A stretch of 64,000 nucleotides of DNA, from assembly GCA_963730185.1 (NCBI GenBank), contig CAVSQW010000006.1, positions 256,001 through 320,000 of the forward strand, given 5' to 3'. The notes under the pieces are model-generated. The model searched no databases. It was given only the letters and a program-made list of their open reading frames with translations, and had not been told where the DNA came from. This document shows positions 20,907 to 31,680 of this stretch, one piece after another. Every line of letters starts with the position of its first letter. The first letter of the stretch is position 1. This DNA comes from an uncultured Gemmatimonadales bacterium. Lineage in GTDB: Bacteria; Gemmatimonadota; Gemmatimonadetes; Gemmatimonadales; GWC2-71-9. Both the position numbers and the translations under genes were made by a program.

Positions 20907-21386
20907 ATGCCGGACCACGCCCCCCACCTCCCCTCGCCCGAGCCGGCCCAGCTCCAGCCGAAGTCCCTCTTCGCCAAGGCGCTCCGGCTCCGCTGTCCCG
21001 TCTGCGGCGGCCACCCGATCTTCCTCAGCTGGTTCACCGTCTGCTCGTCCTGCCCGGTCTGCGGCTTCCACCTCGACCGGGACGAGCCGGGCTATTGGCT
21101 CGGGAGCTACACCATCAACCTGTTCGCGACCGAGGGGGTCTTCGCGGCCTTCTTCGTGCTCGGCATGGTCGTGACCTGGCCGGCCGTGCCTTGGAACGGC
21201 CTGCTCTACGGCGGCCTGGCCCTGGCGGTGGTGACACCGATCCTGCTCTTCCCGCACACCAAGACGCTCTATCTGGCGGTCGATCTCTGCTTCCGGCCCC
21301 CCGAGCCGGAGGATCTGGCCACCCCGATCGAGCGGGGCTTCGTGACGCCTCGCCCGCCGTCCGACAGCCGTCAGATCACCGGCTGA
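20907..21386 (+). CDS. DUF983 zinc-ribbon membrane protein
   Basis: CPVCGG..IF and CSSCPVCG motifs followed by two TM segments. Confidence 0.8.
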   Translation: MPDHAPHLPSPEPAQLQPKSLFAKALRLRCPVCGGHPIFLSWFTVCSSCPVCGFHLDRDEPGYWLGSYTINLFATEGVFAAFFVLGMVVTWPAVPWNGLLYGGLALAVVTPILLFPHTKTLYLAVDLCFRPPEPEDLATPIERGFVTPRPPSDSRQITG

Positions 21387-21395
21387 GCCCGCGGG

Positions 21396-23045
21396 TCAGG
21401 GCACCGCCTTGATCCCGCAGCTCCCGTCCGCCGCCCGGACGGTGGGGTAGCTGACTCCGAGCTGTTCGAGGTAGCTCCCGTACTTGGTGGGATCGTAGTA
21501 GTACGCCTTCATCGCGGGACGGAACTGTTCCAGAATGCCCCGGTTCAGGTCGATCGCCGGCTGGTCGCCGGGACGGATCAAGGGCTCGTAGTGCTGGTCC
21601 TTGTTCTGCACGTTCCGGAAGTAGTCCCAGGCATTCTGCACCAGGCCCGGCGTGAGGAGCAGGTCGAGCATGGTAAGGGCCATGGCCTTGGCCCCCGCCG
21701 TCGCGCCCTGGTGCGCCACCGGGGTGGCCATTGCGATCGCGTCGGTCCAGTTGTGTCCCGGGAGCCCGGGGATGTTCGCCGGGAAGCGCAGAGTGACCGA
21801 GGGCACCGTCCAGGTCACGTCGCCGATGTCGTCGGAGCCGCCCCCCCGGTTGTCGGCGTCGGCCACCGGACCGCGGAGGCTGTCCGGGGTCGAGTCGAGC
21901 CCCTGGATCTTGACCTTCATCTCTTCCTGGAGCGCCTTGGCGAACCGCTCGTCGGCCTCCGACCACACCGGCATCCCGACCCGCTCGATGTTCTTCATCA
22001 TCGCCTCGGCCACCGGCTTGTTGTGGTGCTGGGGCCAGGCGGCGCCGAGCACCCGGACGGGCTCGAGCGTGGTTCCCGTCATCAAGGCGGCGCCCTGGGC
22101 GATCGAGTCGGCGATCGCCCACAGGCTCTTGATGGCGGGGTAGTTGGTCTCCCTGAGGTAGTACCAGACCGAAGCGACCTGGGGCACCACGTTCGGCTGG
22201 TCGCCGCCGTTGGTGATCACGTAGTGCGACCGCTGCTGGAGCCGAAGGTGCTCGCGCCGGAAGTTCCAGGCGACGTCCATCAGCTCCACCGCGTCGAGCG
22301 CGCTCCGTCCCCGCCACGGCGCGCCGGCGGCGTGGGCCGAGGCGCCCCGGAAGGTGTACTCCAGCGAGATCAGCCCGTTGCCACTCGGCTGTCCCCAGGA
22401 GGTCGTGAAGCCCGAGCTCACGTGACTGAAGAGGTTGACGTCGACGTCCCGGAAGAGCCCGGCCCGGACGAAATACGCCTTGGTGCCGACCAGCTCCTCC
22501 GCCACGCCGGGCCAGATCTTGAGCGTGCCGGGAAGCTTCTCCCGCTCCATCAGCCGCTTGACCGCAAGGGCCGCGGTGATGTTGACCGCTTGCCCGGAGT
22601 TGTGGCCCTCGCCATGGCCGGGAGCGCCCGGCACGATCGGGAGTCGGCAGGCGACGCCGGGCATCTGCGACGCCTTCGGGATCCCGTCGATGTCCGATCC
22701 GATGGCGATGACCGGCTTGCCCGCGCCCCAGGTCGCCACCCACGCGGTGGGAATCCCGGCGTAGTTCTCTTCGACGGTAAAGCCCTCCTTCCGGAGGAGG
22801 TCCACCAGGTAACGCGAGGTCTCGAACTCCTGGAAGCCCAGCTCGCCGAAGCTGAAGATCTGGTCGACCATGTCGGCCGTGAACCTGGCCCGGCCGTCGA
22901 TGTCGGTCAGCGCGTCGCGCTTGAGCCCCTCGAGCCGGGGGTCGGGACGGGGCGCCTTGGCCCGCGCCTGAGCCCCGAGTCCGGGGGCGACGGCGAGCAG
23001 AGCGGACAGGACCAGGGCCTGGCGCCAGGCCGTCAGTCTGGGCAT
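21396..23045 (-). CDS. Peptidase M20 amidohydrolase (AbgB-like), with signal peptide
   Basis: ELGFQE, GSDIDG, GHGEGHN, AEE, SAHAAGAPW.GRSALDA and GSDDIGDV motifs. Confidence 0.87.
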   Translation of the reverse strand: MPRLTAWRQALVLSALLAVAPGLGAQARAKAPRPDPRLEGLKRDALTDIDGRARFTADMVDQIFSFGELGFQEFETSRYLVDLLRKEGFTVEENYAGIPTAWVATWGAGKPVIAIGSDIDGIPKASQMPGVACRLPIVPGAPGHGEGHNSGQAVNITAALAVKRLMEREKLPGTLKIWPGVAEELVGTKAYFVRAGLFRDVDVNLFSHVSSGFTTSWGQPSGNGLISLEYTFRGASAHAAGAPWRGRSALDAVELMDVAWNFRREHLRLQQRSHYVITNGGDQPNVVPQVASVWYYLRETNYPAIKSLWAIADSIAQGAALMTGTTLEPVRVLGAAWPQHHNKPVAEAMMKNIERVGMPVWSEADERFAKALQEEMKVKIQGLDSTPDSLRGPVADADNRGGGSDDIGDVTWTVPSVTLRFPANIPGLPGHNWTDAIAMATPVAHQGATAGAKAMALTMLDLLLTPGLVQNAWDYFRNVQNKDQHYEPLIRPGDQPAIDLNRGILEQFRPAMKAYYYDPTKYGSYLEQLGVSYPTVRAADGSCGIKAVP

Positions 23046-23156
23046 GATGCGACTCCTGAATTGGGATTGGGTAGCACCGATGTCTCAGGCGCTCCGTAAG
23101 GTAGCCCGGTCGGGGACGCCGGGAAGGTCCCAGCCGACCATGACGCGGGGCGTGCG

Positions 23157-23993
23157 ATGACGGCCGTGCGGTGGGTCGCAATCTGGGAGATCGTCTGCTC
23201 CGGATGGGGCGGGAGTCGGCCGGCGGCCCCCACCGACCTCACCGCGACCGCTATCTCGCCCTACGCCGTCGAGCTCCGCTGGCGGGACCGGAGCTCCGAC
23301 GAGCGCGGCTTCGTGGTGGAGCAGGCGACCGGGACCGTCTACCGGCGGGTGGGACTGGTCCCGCCGGATTCCACCCGGTGGGTACACCACGGCCTTTCGG
23401 CCGGCCGGACGGCGAGCTACCGGCTCAGGGCCTTCAATGCCGACGGAATCAGTTCGCCCTCGGCGACCGTGTCGGTCACCCCACCGGCGGCGGCGGACCC
23501 TCATCTCGCCCCCCTCGACCGGCCCGAGCCGGTCGGGGCCTGCACCACACCGGACCAGGTGGTCGCCGCCGCCGATCCGGCCGAGACCCGGGTGTTCCGA
23601 GGCATGGCTTTCGGTCGCCACCGGATCGATCTGATCCTGGACCGGAACAGCTGCGGCGCGAACTGCCAATCAGTGCTCTACGGCGAGCTGGGCGGCTGCT
23701 ATCGGGAGATCGGGCTCGTCTTCGCCGTCCCCGACGACTCGGGCCGGGGCTGGACCGAACGGGGGATCGACCCGGCGGGCTGGCCGATCATCGTGTCGCT
23801 GAGCCACATGAGCGCGTTCGAGACGGCCGTGGTGATCGAGCAGGTGCTCGGCCAGCGGCTACGGGTCGTCGACGCCTGGCGGGTCTGCGGCGGCCTCCGG
23901 AGCGTCGACGGCGATCCGCGCACGCTCGATCTGACCCAGCTGGCCCCGCCGTACGAAGATTGCCAGCTGGACTTCGGCCCGGATTCGGGGTGA
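23157..23993 (+). CDS. Fibronectin type III domain protein with Cys-rich C-terminal region
   Basis: FN3 pattern PAAPTDL...LRW.D.S..E.GF.V...GL...Y.LRAFN..G.S. Start codon uncertain. Confidence 0.7.
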   Translation: MTAVRWVAIWEIVCSGWGGSRPAAPTDLTATAISPYAVELRWRDRSSDERGFVVEQATGTVYRRVGLVPPDSTRWVHHGLSAGRTASYRLRAFNADGISSPSATVSVTPPAAADPHLAPLDRPEPVGACTTPDQVVAAADPAETRVFRGMAFGRHRIDLILDRNSCGANCQSVLYGELGGCYREIGLVFAVPDDSGRGWTERGIDPAGWPIIVSLSHMSAFETAVVIEQVLGQRLRVVDAWRVCGGLRSVDGDPRTLDLTQLAPPYEDCQLDFGPDSG

Positions 23994-24027
23994 CCGCCCG
24001 CCCCCGGGCGGCCGGCCACCTCCCTCC

Positions 24028-24762
24028 CTACCGGCCCCCGGGGAGCCGGCTCACCACCTTCCCGGCCGCGTCCAGGAACTCGAGGCTCGGCGCGCCGGTC
24101 GAGTCGACCTGAAGCAGAATCCGCGCCTTGCCGGCCCGATCCGAAAGTCGGAGCAGCGCCGTCTGGTCGGTGTTCCGCCCCACGTAGACCCGTTCCGCGA
24201 ACAATGGGGTCCCGTCCTTGGGCTGGAGGCTCGCGATCGCCGCCTGCTTGGCGGGACCGTCCGGCATTGTCCGGATGGTGTCCATCGCCGCGACCAGGTC
24301 AAGGATCGGCACGTTGGCCCGGTCGGCCACCGTGATCCCGGTCCGGCGGGTCCCGTTCTCGTCGATGTACTGGAGGTACAAGACCTGATCCTGATCGTAC
24401 TGATCAAACGACAGGTGCCCCATCGCGCTGTACTTCCCGTTCTCGGTCTTCCCGCCGAAGATGAGCCCGCCGTCCTCGGTCTCCTCGTCGTTGAAGAAGA
24501 TCAGACCGGGCCGGGTCCCGCCGGGATAGCCGAACGGCTTCCCATAGGCGATCGGTCCGGGCGACTTCACCTTGTTCGAGATCACCAGGCGGAGCTTGCC
24601 GTCCGGCTCGACGACGTTGATTCGCTGGACATCGATCTCGTCGAACTTGGGATGCCGACTCTGCCGGAACGCCCCCAGGGTGAAGATGCCGAGCAGCGCG
24701 GTGGCCGCCACCGCGTAGAGCCGGAGCACCTGGAGCTCGGTGATTCGCCGCCTGTCCGTCAT
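24028..24762 (-). CDS. Hypothetical membrane-anchored protein
   Basis: ATGA overlap with the paaZ stop, N-terminal TM, FDEIDVQRINVVEPDG motif, host-like codon usage. Confidence 0.75.
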   Translation of the reverse strand: MTDRRRITELQVLRLYAVAATALLGIFTLGAFRQSRHPKFDEIDVQRINVVEPDGKLRLVISNKVKSPGPIAYGKPFGYPGGTRPGLIFFNDEETEDGGLIFGGKTENGKYSAMGHLSFDQYDQDQVLYLQYIDENGTRRTGITVADRANVPILDLVAAMDTIRTMPDGPAKQAAIASLQPKDGTPLFAERVYVGRNTDQTALLRLSDRAGKARILLQVDSTGAPSLEFLDAAGKVVSRLPGGR

Positions 24763-26810
24763 GCCGCCTCCGGCCGCCGGGCCACCAAGGTGAGGATCGA
24801 GTAGACCGCGCAGATTTCCGCCTCCTGATTCGCGACCTCCACGTCCCACTCCACCACCCCCTGCGGCACCCCGTCGGCCGGGGTCTCCTTGGCGGTCTTC
24901 TGCTTGCAGGTGAACCGGACTGAGATGGTGTCGCCCGGGTAGACCGGCTTCGTGAACCGGAGCGCCTCGAGCCCGTAGTTGGCGAGCACCGGCCCCTTGG
25001 CCGGGTGCACGAACAGGCCGGCCGCGGCCGAGACCACGAAGTAGCCGTGCGCCACCCGGCGCTCGAAGAGCGAGTCCTGGGCGGCGATGGCGTCGGTGTG
25101 AGCGTAGAAGTAGTCGCCCGAGAGGCCGGCGAAGTTGACCAGATCGGCCTCGGTCACGGTGCGCCGGTGGGTGAAGAGCGTGTCGCCGACCTCGATCTCC
25201 TCGAAGTACTTGGTGAACGGATGCGCCACGTCGGTCGGCGTATCGGCTCCCTTCATCCAGACCCGCATCGTGTGGGTGAGCGTCTGGGGATGCCCCTGCA
25301 TCGCCGTCCGCTGCATGTAGTGGAGCACCCCGCGGATCCCGCCCATCTCCTCGCCGCCGCCGGCCCGCCCCGGGCCGCCGTGGACCAGGTGGGGCATCGG
25401 CGAGCCGTGGCCGGTCGACTCCTTGGCCGACCTCCGGTTCAGGCACATGATCCGCCCGTGATAGGCCGCCGTCCCCAGCACCACCCGGCGGGCCACCTCG
25501 TCGTCGCCGGTGAAGACCGACCCGCAGAGGCTTCCCTTCCCGCGCTTGGTGAGCTCGATCGCCTCGTCGAGCGACCGATACCCCATGACCGAGTTCACCG
25601 GCCCGAACGCTTCGATGTCGTGGACCTCGCTCCGCCCGAGCGGATCGGCGCAGTGGAGCAGCACCGGCGGGAAGAAGGCGCCCTTGGCTCGATCCGCGCC
25701 GGTCACGCTGAAGCCCTCGAGATCGCCGAACGCCAGCTCCGCCCCGGCCCGGAGCGCCGCGACGCTCTTGCGGACTTCGTCCACCTGCTCCCGGCTCGCG
25801 AGCGGTCCCATTCGAACGCCCTCCACCGCCGGGTCGCCGAGGGTGGCTCCGGCCAGCCGCTTGCCCAGCGCCTTGATGACGTCGTCCACCAAGGCCTCCG
25901 GCACGATGGTCCGGCGGATCGCGGTGCAGCGCTGCCCCGCTTTGATCGTCATCTCCCGCCCGACCTCCTTGACGAAGAGGTCGAATTCCTCGGTGCCGGG
26001 CCCGTCGTCGGGACCGAGCAGGCAGAAGTTGAGCGAGTCGGCCTCCATGTTGAACCGGACCGACTCCTCGATGATCTTGGGGTGCGCCTTGAGCTTCCGG
26101 CCGGTCGTGGCCGAGCCGGTGAAGGTGACCACGTCCTGGCAGGTAAAATGCTCGAACAGGTCGCCCACCGAGCCGACGATCAGCTGGAGCGCGCCCTCGG
26201 GGAGGATCTTCGACTCGATCATCATCCGGACCATGAGCTCGGTCAGATAGCTCGTGGCGGTGGCCGGCTTGACGATCGAAGGCATGCCGGCGAGGAAGGT
26301 CGGCGCCAGCTTCTCGAGCATGCCCCAGCAGGGAAAGTTGAAGGCGTTGATGTGGACCGCGACACCCTCGAGCGGGACGCAGAGGTGCCGGCCGACGAAG
26401 GTCCCGCCCCGGGAGAGCGGCTCCATCGCGCCGTCGACGTAGAACGGCTCGTTGGGAAGCTCTCGCCGGCCCTTGCTCGAATATGCGAAGAAGGTGCCGA
26501 TCCCTCCCTCGATGTCGACCCACGAATCGCTCTTGGTGGCGCCGGTCGCGGCGGAGAGGGCGTAGAGCTCGTCCTTCCGGCCCATCAGGTACTGGGCCAC
26601 CGCCTTGAGCATCCGGGCTCGCTCGTGGAAGGTGAGCTGCCGCATCGCCGGACCGCCCACCCGCCGGCCGTACTCCAGCATGCCCTTGAAGTCGAGGCCC
26701 TGGCTCGATGCCTCGGCCACGGGCTCACCGGTGACCGCGTGGGAGAGGGTCTTCGCCTTGCCACCGCCGGTCACCCATTGTCCCTGCACATAGCTCGCCA
26801 GCTTCTTCAC
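24759..26810 (-). CDS. paaZ: Bifunctional oxepin-CoA hydrolase / aldehyde dehydrogenase PaaZ
   Basis: ALDH domain ([41 protein letters not shown]) plus C-terminal MaoC domain (FYAHTD, VAHGY, ANYG). GTG start with a GGAG RBS. Confidence 0.95.
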   Translation of the reverse strand: MKKLASYVQGQWVTGGGKAKTLSHAVTGEPVAEASSQGLDFKGMLEYGRRVGGPAMRQLTFHERARMLKAVAQYLMGRKDELYALSAATGATKSDSWVDIEGGIGTFFAYSSKGRRELPNEPFYVDGAMEPLSRGGTFVGRHLCVPLEGVAVHINAFNFPCWGMLEKLAPTFLAGMPSIVKPATATSYLTELMVRMMIESKILPEGALQLIVGSVGDLFEHFTCQDVVTFTGSATTGRKLKAHPKIIEESVRFNMEADSLNFCLLGPDDGPGTEEFDLFVKEVGREMTIKAGQRCTAIRRTIVPEALVDDVIKALGKRLAGATLGDPAVEGVRMGPLASREQVDEVRKSVAALRAGAELAFGDLEGFSVTGADRAKGAFFPPVLLHCADPLGRSEVHDIEAFGPVNSVMGYRSLDEAIELTKRGKGSLCGSVFTGDDEVARRVVLGTAAYHGRIMCLNRRSAKESTGHGSPMPHLVHGGPGRAGGGEEMGGIRGVLHYMQRTAMQGHPQTLTHTMRVWMKGADTPTDVAHPFTKYFEEIEVGDTLFTHRRTVTEADLVNFAGLSGDYFYAHTDAIAAQDSLFERRVAHGYFVVSAAAGLFVHPAKGPVLANYGLEALRFTKPVYPGDTISVRFTCKQKTAKETPADGVPQGVVEWDVEVANQEAEICAVYSILTLVARRPEAA

Positions 26811-26909
26811 GTCGTCTCCCTGGGTCCTGCGAGGTCGTGGTCGGTTGCGCCCAGGTAATCTATCCGGCACCGGGGGCGAATCGGGGCCGGCGGTCCGGCG
26901 ACGCCGGCC

Positions 26910-28271
26910 TCAGGCCCCAGCCACGACGGCCTGGGAGCGGGCTCGCCGGAACAGGTACCACCCGATGGCCGTGGGGACCACCACGCCGAGGGCCATCTTG
27001 ACCTCGAAGGTCAGGGGACTCTCCACGTCCGCCGTGGGAATGAAGGCGGCGACCATCCCGAAGACGGTGGTGACGAGACCGATCCAGCCGGCGGCCCGGG
27101 CCCCGGGGCCGACGCCGGAGAGCCGGGCCAGGGCCAGGAAGAGGTACACGAATGGGATCAGCTGAATCACGATCGAGGCCTTGAGGAGGATCTGAAAGGC
27201 CTCCCCGACGGTCGAGCCGACCAGCGACATCAGGGTGAGCAGCCCGGCCAGGGCCGCGCAGGTGATCAGCGCAACGTAGGGCGAGTGCCACCGGGGATGG
27301 ACTCGGCCCAAGGCGGCAGGCAGCGCACTGCTGAGGCCGGCCACGAACGGGATCCGCGAGGAGCCCGCGAACCAGGCCGAGGTGGCGCCACCGATGGAGA
27401 GACCCATCAGAATCGCGATCGGGGCGACGATCCAGGTCAGTCGGGCGTCGACCGCGCTGGCGCTCACCGCCTGCATGATGCCCTGGATCACGCCCAGCTT
27501 GGCGATCGGCACCAGCGCCTGGACCGCGGCCGTCACCAGCTCGTACGAGAGCAGCGCCACCGCGCCCGCGATGAAGATGGCGGGCCGGAGGTCGCGGGCC
27601 GGATCGCGGATCTCGTCCCCCATCGTCGACGCCAGCTCGATTCCGATGAAGGCAAAGCACATGACGCTGAAATTCGCGGCCAGGTCCCAGCCCACGCCCG
27701 TCGCCAGCGGGGGAATGGAGGCCTGCCCCCGGGCCCAGGTGACCCCGGCCGCCAGGAGGACCAGCACCACCGTCAGGGCGGTGCCGATCCCACCCAGGTT
27801 CTGCACCCATTTGCCCACCCCGAGACCGCGGACGTTGAGGAAGGTGATCAGCCCGAGCCAGCCGAACGCCACGGCCGCGACGAACCCCTTCTGGTCGACC
27901 AACCCCGCGGTGCCCGCGCCGCCACCGAAGGCGAAGATGCCGGCCATGTAGACGAGCAGGACCGGAACGTAGAAGAGGTTGTTGGTCCAGTAGCACCAGC
28001 CCGACAGAAACCCGTGCGCCTCGCCGAACTCCTTCCGGGTCCACAGGTAGATGCCGCCCTCGCCCGGGTAGCGACGCGCCAGCGTCAGCACCGCCACGGC
28101 CTCGGGCACGAAGAACGCCGCGAACGCCAGCGGCCAGAGCACCAGGGAGACGCGACCGTAGACCGCCGTCGGGGTGACGTTGTTGACGTTGACGATGGCC
28201 ACGATCTTGAGCAGGACGAGATCCCAGCGGCCCAAGGCGCGGCTGACGGCGGTGCGATCGGCTCCGGTCAC
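26910..28271 (-). CDS. APC-family amino acid/polyamine permease
   Basis: Multi-TM protein with YPGEGGIYLW, FAFIGIE, RIPF and HPRW.SP motifs. Confidence 0.88.
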   Translation of the reverse strand: MTGADRTAVSRALGRWDLVLLKIVAIVNVNNVTPTAVYGRVSLVLWPLAFAAFFVPEAVAVLTLARRYPGEGGIYLWTRKEFGEAHGFLSGWCYWTNNLFYVPVLLVYMAGIFAFGGGAGTAGLVDQKGFVAAVAFGWLGLITFLNVRGLGVGKWVQNLGGIGTALTVVLVLLAAGVTWARGQASIPPLATGVGWDLAANFSVMCFAFIGIELASTMGDEIRDPARDLRPAIFIAGAVALLSYELVTAAVQALVPIAKLGVIQGIMQAVSASAVDARLTWIVAPIAILMGLSIGGATSAWFAGSSRIPFVAGLSSALPAALGRVHPRWHSPYVALITCAALAGLLTLMSLVGSTVGEAFQILLKASIVIQLIPFVYLFLALARLSGVGPGARAAGWIGLVTTVFGMVAAFIPTADVESPLTFEVKMALGVVVPTAIGWYLFRRARSQAVVAGA

Positions 28272-28314
28272 GAGCGAGCTCCGAGCTCGAGGAGAAAATC
28301 GGATCGGGCGGACG

Positions 28315-30243
28315 TCAAGCCAGCCGGAGGAGCTCCTGCGCGGCCCGGTGGCCCTCGTCGATCGCGGCGTCGGTGTAGGCGTAGGCCGCGGCGTCGGCGT
28401 TGGCGATGGCGATTCGTCCGAACGGACGTCGGGCCACCTCGCAGGGGGTCTCCCGGCCCTCGAACCAGAAGTCGTCGGACAGCGAGTTGTACTGATAGGC
28501 GTAACCGTGAGGCCACCGGTTGACCGTGAGGCCCAGGATATCACGCGCCGGATCGAATCCGGCCCCGCCGAGCACCCGCCCCAACTGAGCGCGGACGGAA
28601 CGCTCGATGGTCTCGAACGACGTGGTGAACAGCTCCATCCGCCCGGCCCGATGCTGATCGCGGGCCGGCAGGCCTGGGTGGCAGGCCGACTTCTCGAGGT
28701 GAAGCACGACCGGCACCTCGGGACGCTCGGAGTGGTGGTAACCGCCCAGGCTCACCGGAAAATCGAGAGACATCGCCGTGTGCCAGAAACCCGGGGTGAG
28801 CACCCGACGAACACCCAACGTCTCGAAGGCGGTCCAATTCCGGACGAAGACGTTGGTGTAGACCAGGGGGACCTTGATGGCGAAACGGAGGGCCTCCACC
28901 TGGGGAGAGGGCAGCTCGTCCGTGAGGTACGGGATCACCGCGTGCCAGCAGGCCAGCACGACGGCGCCGGCCGTTACCGTGGCCAGGCTGCCATCCCTGA
29001 CGTAAGCCACCTCGACCTGGCCGGCAGGACCGCTCAGATGGCGAACCCGGACCACGCTGCTCGAGAGTCGGATCCGGACCGGGGCGCCGGGCCGGTCGAG
29101 CCGCCCGTAGTCGGCCCGGGCGGTGACCACGTCGTCCATGGTCCCGCCGGGGATCGCACCGGGAACCAGACGCCGGACCAGGAGCCTGGTGATCGAGGCG
29201 TTGCCGTCGGGGAAGTGGAAGTAGTAGTCGCCGTCGGCCGGCCCGGCCGACGGAATGGTATCGCGATTCTGGCCGGGCCCGCCCCGGGCCGGGTCGAGGC
29301 CCATCGCCTGGAAGCCGGGAAGGCCCAGACCGAAGGCATCTTGAGCGGGAACGGCGTCGATGCCGACCCCGAAGAGATCGTGGGGCAGGGTCTGGAAGAG
29401 GGGCAGCACGCCGGGGTCGAGCTTCCACATCCGGGTGAGGAAGTCAGCGTAGCTCATCCGGGCGAGGCGCCTTCTCTTGGCGTCCTCGTCGAGCCCGTGG
29501 AGGGGGTCGAATCGGGCGGTGTACAGCCGCTGGAGATCGCGCTTCACGCCCTCGGCCAGCGGCGCCGCGGCCACGAACGCCGGGTCGTATTCCTCGGGAG
29601 TGCCCCGGACCAGCTGGTCACTTCCGAACCGCTCGCGATCGAAGAAGAATGCCGGACCGAGACCGCGGTAGGTATCCGAGTGCAGGACCTCCTTCCATCG
29701 GCCGACCTCGATGCCCAACTCCTCGATCAGGCCGCGGGCCACCGCGCTGTAGGGCGCCGGGCTGTCGATCGACTGCGTCCCGCCGTAGCCGATGAAGGTC
29801 CGGTCTCCACTCCCGAACTCATTGCGCTTGGCGTGGCCGCCGAAATCATCGTGGTTGTCGAGAATCAGCACCCGGGCGTCGGGCCGGGCCTGACGAAAGA
29901 AGTGGGCCGCGGCCAGCCCGCTGATCCCGGCCCCGACTACCACCAGGTCGTACGCCTCGCCGGTCGGCCGGGCGGCCGGCGCGGTCGGCCAGAAGGTTCC
30001 GTCCCGGACGGCGTGCATGGTCTCGAAGGAGCCGGGGTGGGAGCCCCGAAGGCCGGTCAGGGCGGGTGGATACGGCCCCGCCGCCGGCCCAGCGCATCCC
30101 GACAACCAGGGCGCGAGGAGCGCGGTGCCCGTGGCGATCGCGACCCCGTTGAGAAAGTCGCGCCGGTCGATGGCCCGATCCATTCCCAGGGCGCGGTCGG
30201 CGCCGGACCTCGCCGACGGGTCATGGCGGTCGTCGTTTCTCAT
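28315..30243 (-). CDS. FAD-dependent oxidoreductase, spermidine dehydrogenase (SpdH)-like, Tat-exported
   Basis: IDRRDFL twin-Arg, YPPALTGLRGSH, GAGISG, NHDDFGGHAKRNE, HFPDGNAS and NRWPHGYAY motifs. Confidence 0.85.
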   Translation of the reverse strand: MRNDDRHDPSARSGADRALGMDRAIDRRDFLNGVAIATGTALLAPWLSGCAGPAAGPYPPALTGLRGSHPGSFETMHAVRDGTFWPTAPAARPTGEAYDLVVVGAGISGLAAAHFFRQARPDARVLILDNHDDFGGHAKRNEFGSGDRTFIGYGGTQSIDSPAPYSAVARGLIEELGIEVGRWKEVLHSDTYRGLGPAFFFDRERFGSDQLVRGTPEEYDPAFVAAAPLAEGVKRDLQRLYTARFDPLHGLDEDAKRRRLARMSYADFLTRMWKLDPGVLPLFQTLPHDLFGVGIDAVPAQDAFGLGLPGFQAMGLDPARGGPGQNRDTIPSAGPADGDYYFHFPDGNASITRLLVRRLVPGAIPGGTMDDVVTARADYGRLDRPGAPVRIRLSSSVVRVRHLSGPAGQVEVAYVRDGSLATVTAGAVVLACWHAVIPYLTDELPSPQVEALRFAIKVPLVYTNVFVRNWTAFETLGVRRVLTPGFWHTAMSLDFPVSLGGYHHSERPEVPVVLHLEKSACHPGLPARDQHRAGRMELFTTSFETIERSVRAQLGRVLGGAGFDPARDILGLTVNRWPHGYAYQYNSLSDDFWFEGRETPCEVARRPFGRIAIANADAAAYAYTDAAIDEGHRAAQELLRLA

Positions 30244-31679
30244 AGTCCTCCGGTCGCGACCAGCTTGGTTTCGAGATACTCGGCCAAGCCCTCCGCCCCG
30301 CTCTCGTGGCCGAGTCCGCTCTGCTTCCACCCCCCGAAGGGCGCCTCCGTCGCGAAGGGCGCCCAGTCGTTCACCCCGACCAGGCCGAACTCGAGCCGCT
30401 CGGCGGCGCGGATCGCCGTCGGCAGATGGTTGGTCCACACATAGGCCGCCAGTCCATAGGCGGTGGCGTTCGCCAAGGCCAAGGCTTCGTCGAGCTCGTC
30501 GAACGCCACGATCGGCAGCACCGGGCCGAAGATCTCTTCCCCAAAGACCGCCTGGTCCGGCCGCACCCCGGCCAGGACCGTGGGCTGGAAGAAGTAGCCT
30601 CGGGCGGGGTCGGGCGGTCGGCCGCCGCCGGTCAGCACGGTCGCCCCGTCCCGGGCGGCGTCCGACACCAGCGCCTCCACTCGGTCCCGCTGCCGGGCGT
30701 TGATCAACGGGCCCACCTGGGTGGCATCGTCGAGACCACTCCCCACCCTGAGGACCGCGGCCTGCTGGGCCACCCGCTCCGCGAACTGATCGGCAATCCG
30801 CCGGTGGACCAGAAATCGCTGCGGCGCCACGCACACCTGGCCGTTGTTCCTGAACTTGGCGCTCACCGACCCGACGCTGAACGCCTCGACGTCGACGTCG
30901 GGAAAGACCAGGACCGGGGCGTTGCCGCCCAGCTCCAGTGAGAGCCGGGTAACCGTCCGCGCCGCGCCGTCCATGAGCAGCTTCCCGACCCGCACACTCC
31001 CGGTGAAGCTGACCTTCCGACAGGCGGGATGGTCCAACATCTCCTGTCCCATGGCGTCCGGGTCGCCGTTCACCAGGTTGAGCACCCCATCGGGCAGCCC
31101 CGCCTCCACCAGCAGCGCGGCCATGGCCATCGCGGTGAGAGGAGTGTACTCGGACGGGCGCCCCACGACCGTGCACCCCGCCGCCAGGGCGGCGGCCCAG
31201 GCCCGCGCCGGGTTATAGGCCGGGAAGTTCCAGGCGGTAATGACTCCGACCACGCCGAGCGGCTGCCGAAGAACGGTCAGCCGCTTGCTGGTCACTCGCG
31301 AGGGGATGGTCCGACCGTAGGCCCGCTTCCCCTCCTCGGCGAACCACTCGAACAGGTCGGCGGCGACCAGCCACTCCCCTCGGGCCTGGGCCCTCGGCTT
31401 CCCGCTCTCGCGAACGGAGGTCGCGGCCAGGTCGGCCGCCCGTTCGCGCATCAGGGTCGCGGCCCGGAGCAGGATGGCACCTCGCTCCCATGGGCTCCGC
31501 CCGGCCCACCCGGGAAACGCCGACGACGCCGCTTCGATCGCCGCCCGACAATCGGCTCGACCGCCGAACGGCACCGTTCGGACCACCCCCTCCGTGGCCG
31601 GGTCGATCACGTCCCACGTGCCGCCCTCGCTGGCGTCGACCCAGCGACCCGCGATCAGCTGCCGATAGGGATAGGTCAT
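30240..31679 (-). CDS. gabD: NAD(P)-dependent succinate-semialdehyde dehydrogenase
   Basis: WNFP, FTGS, LELGGNAP, FRNNGQVC and EEIFGP motifs; lies in the gabT operon. Confidence 0.82.
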   Translation of the reverse strand: MTYPYRQLIAGRWVDASEGGTWDVIDPATEGVVRTVPFGGRADCRAAIEAASSAFPGWAGRSPWERGAILLRAATLMRERAADLAATSVRESGKPRAQARGEWLVAADLFEWFAEEGKRAYGRTIPSRVTSKRLTVLRQPLGVVGVITAWNFPAYNPARAWAAALAAGCTVVGRPSEYTPLTAMAMAALLVEAGLPDGVLNLVNGDPDAMGQEMLDHPACRKVSFTGSVRVGKLLMDGAARTVTRLSLELGGNAPVLVFPDVDVEAFSVGSVSAKFRNNGQVCVAPQRFLVHRRIADQFAERVAQQAAVLRVGSGLDDATQVGPLINARQRDRVEALVSDAARDGATVLTGGGRPPDPARGYFFQPTVLAGVRPDQAVFGEEIFGPVLPIVAFDELDEALALANATAYGLAAYVWTNHLPTAIRAAERLEFGLVGVNDWAPFATEAPFGGWKQSGLGHESGAEGLAEYLETKLVATGGL

Positions 31680-31680
31680 T

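Noticed and set aside
28272..28544. PTPTP-like repeat at the N-terminus of the 544-aa permease ORF
   Set aside because: It is an alternative-frame reading of the SpdH-like C-terminus (ANADAAAYAYTDAA). The real permease start is the GTG at 28271.
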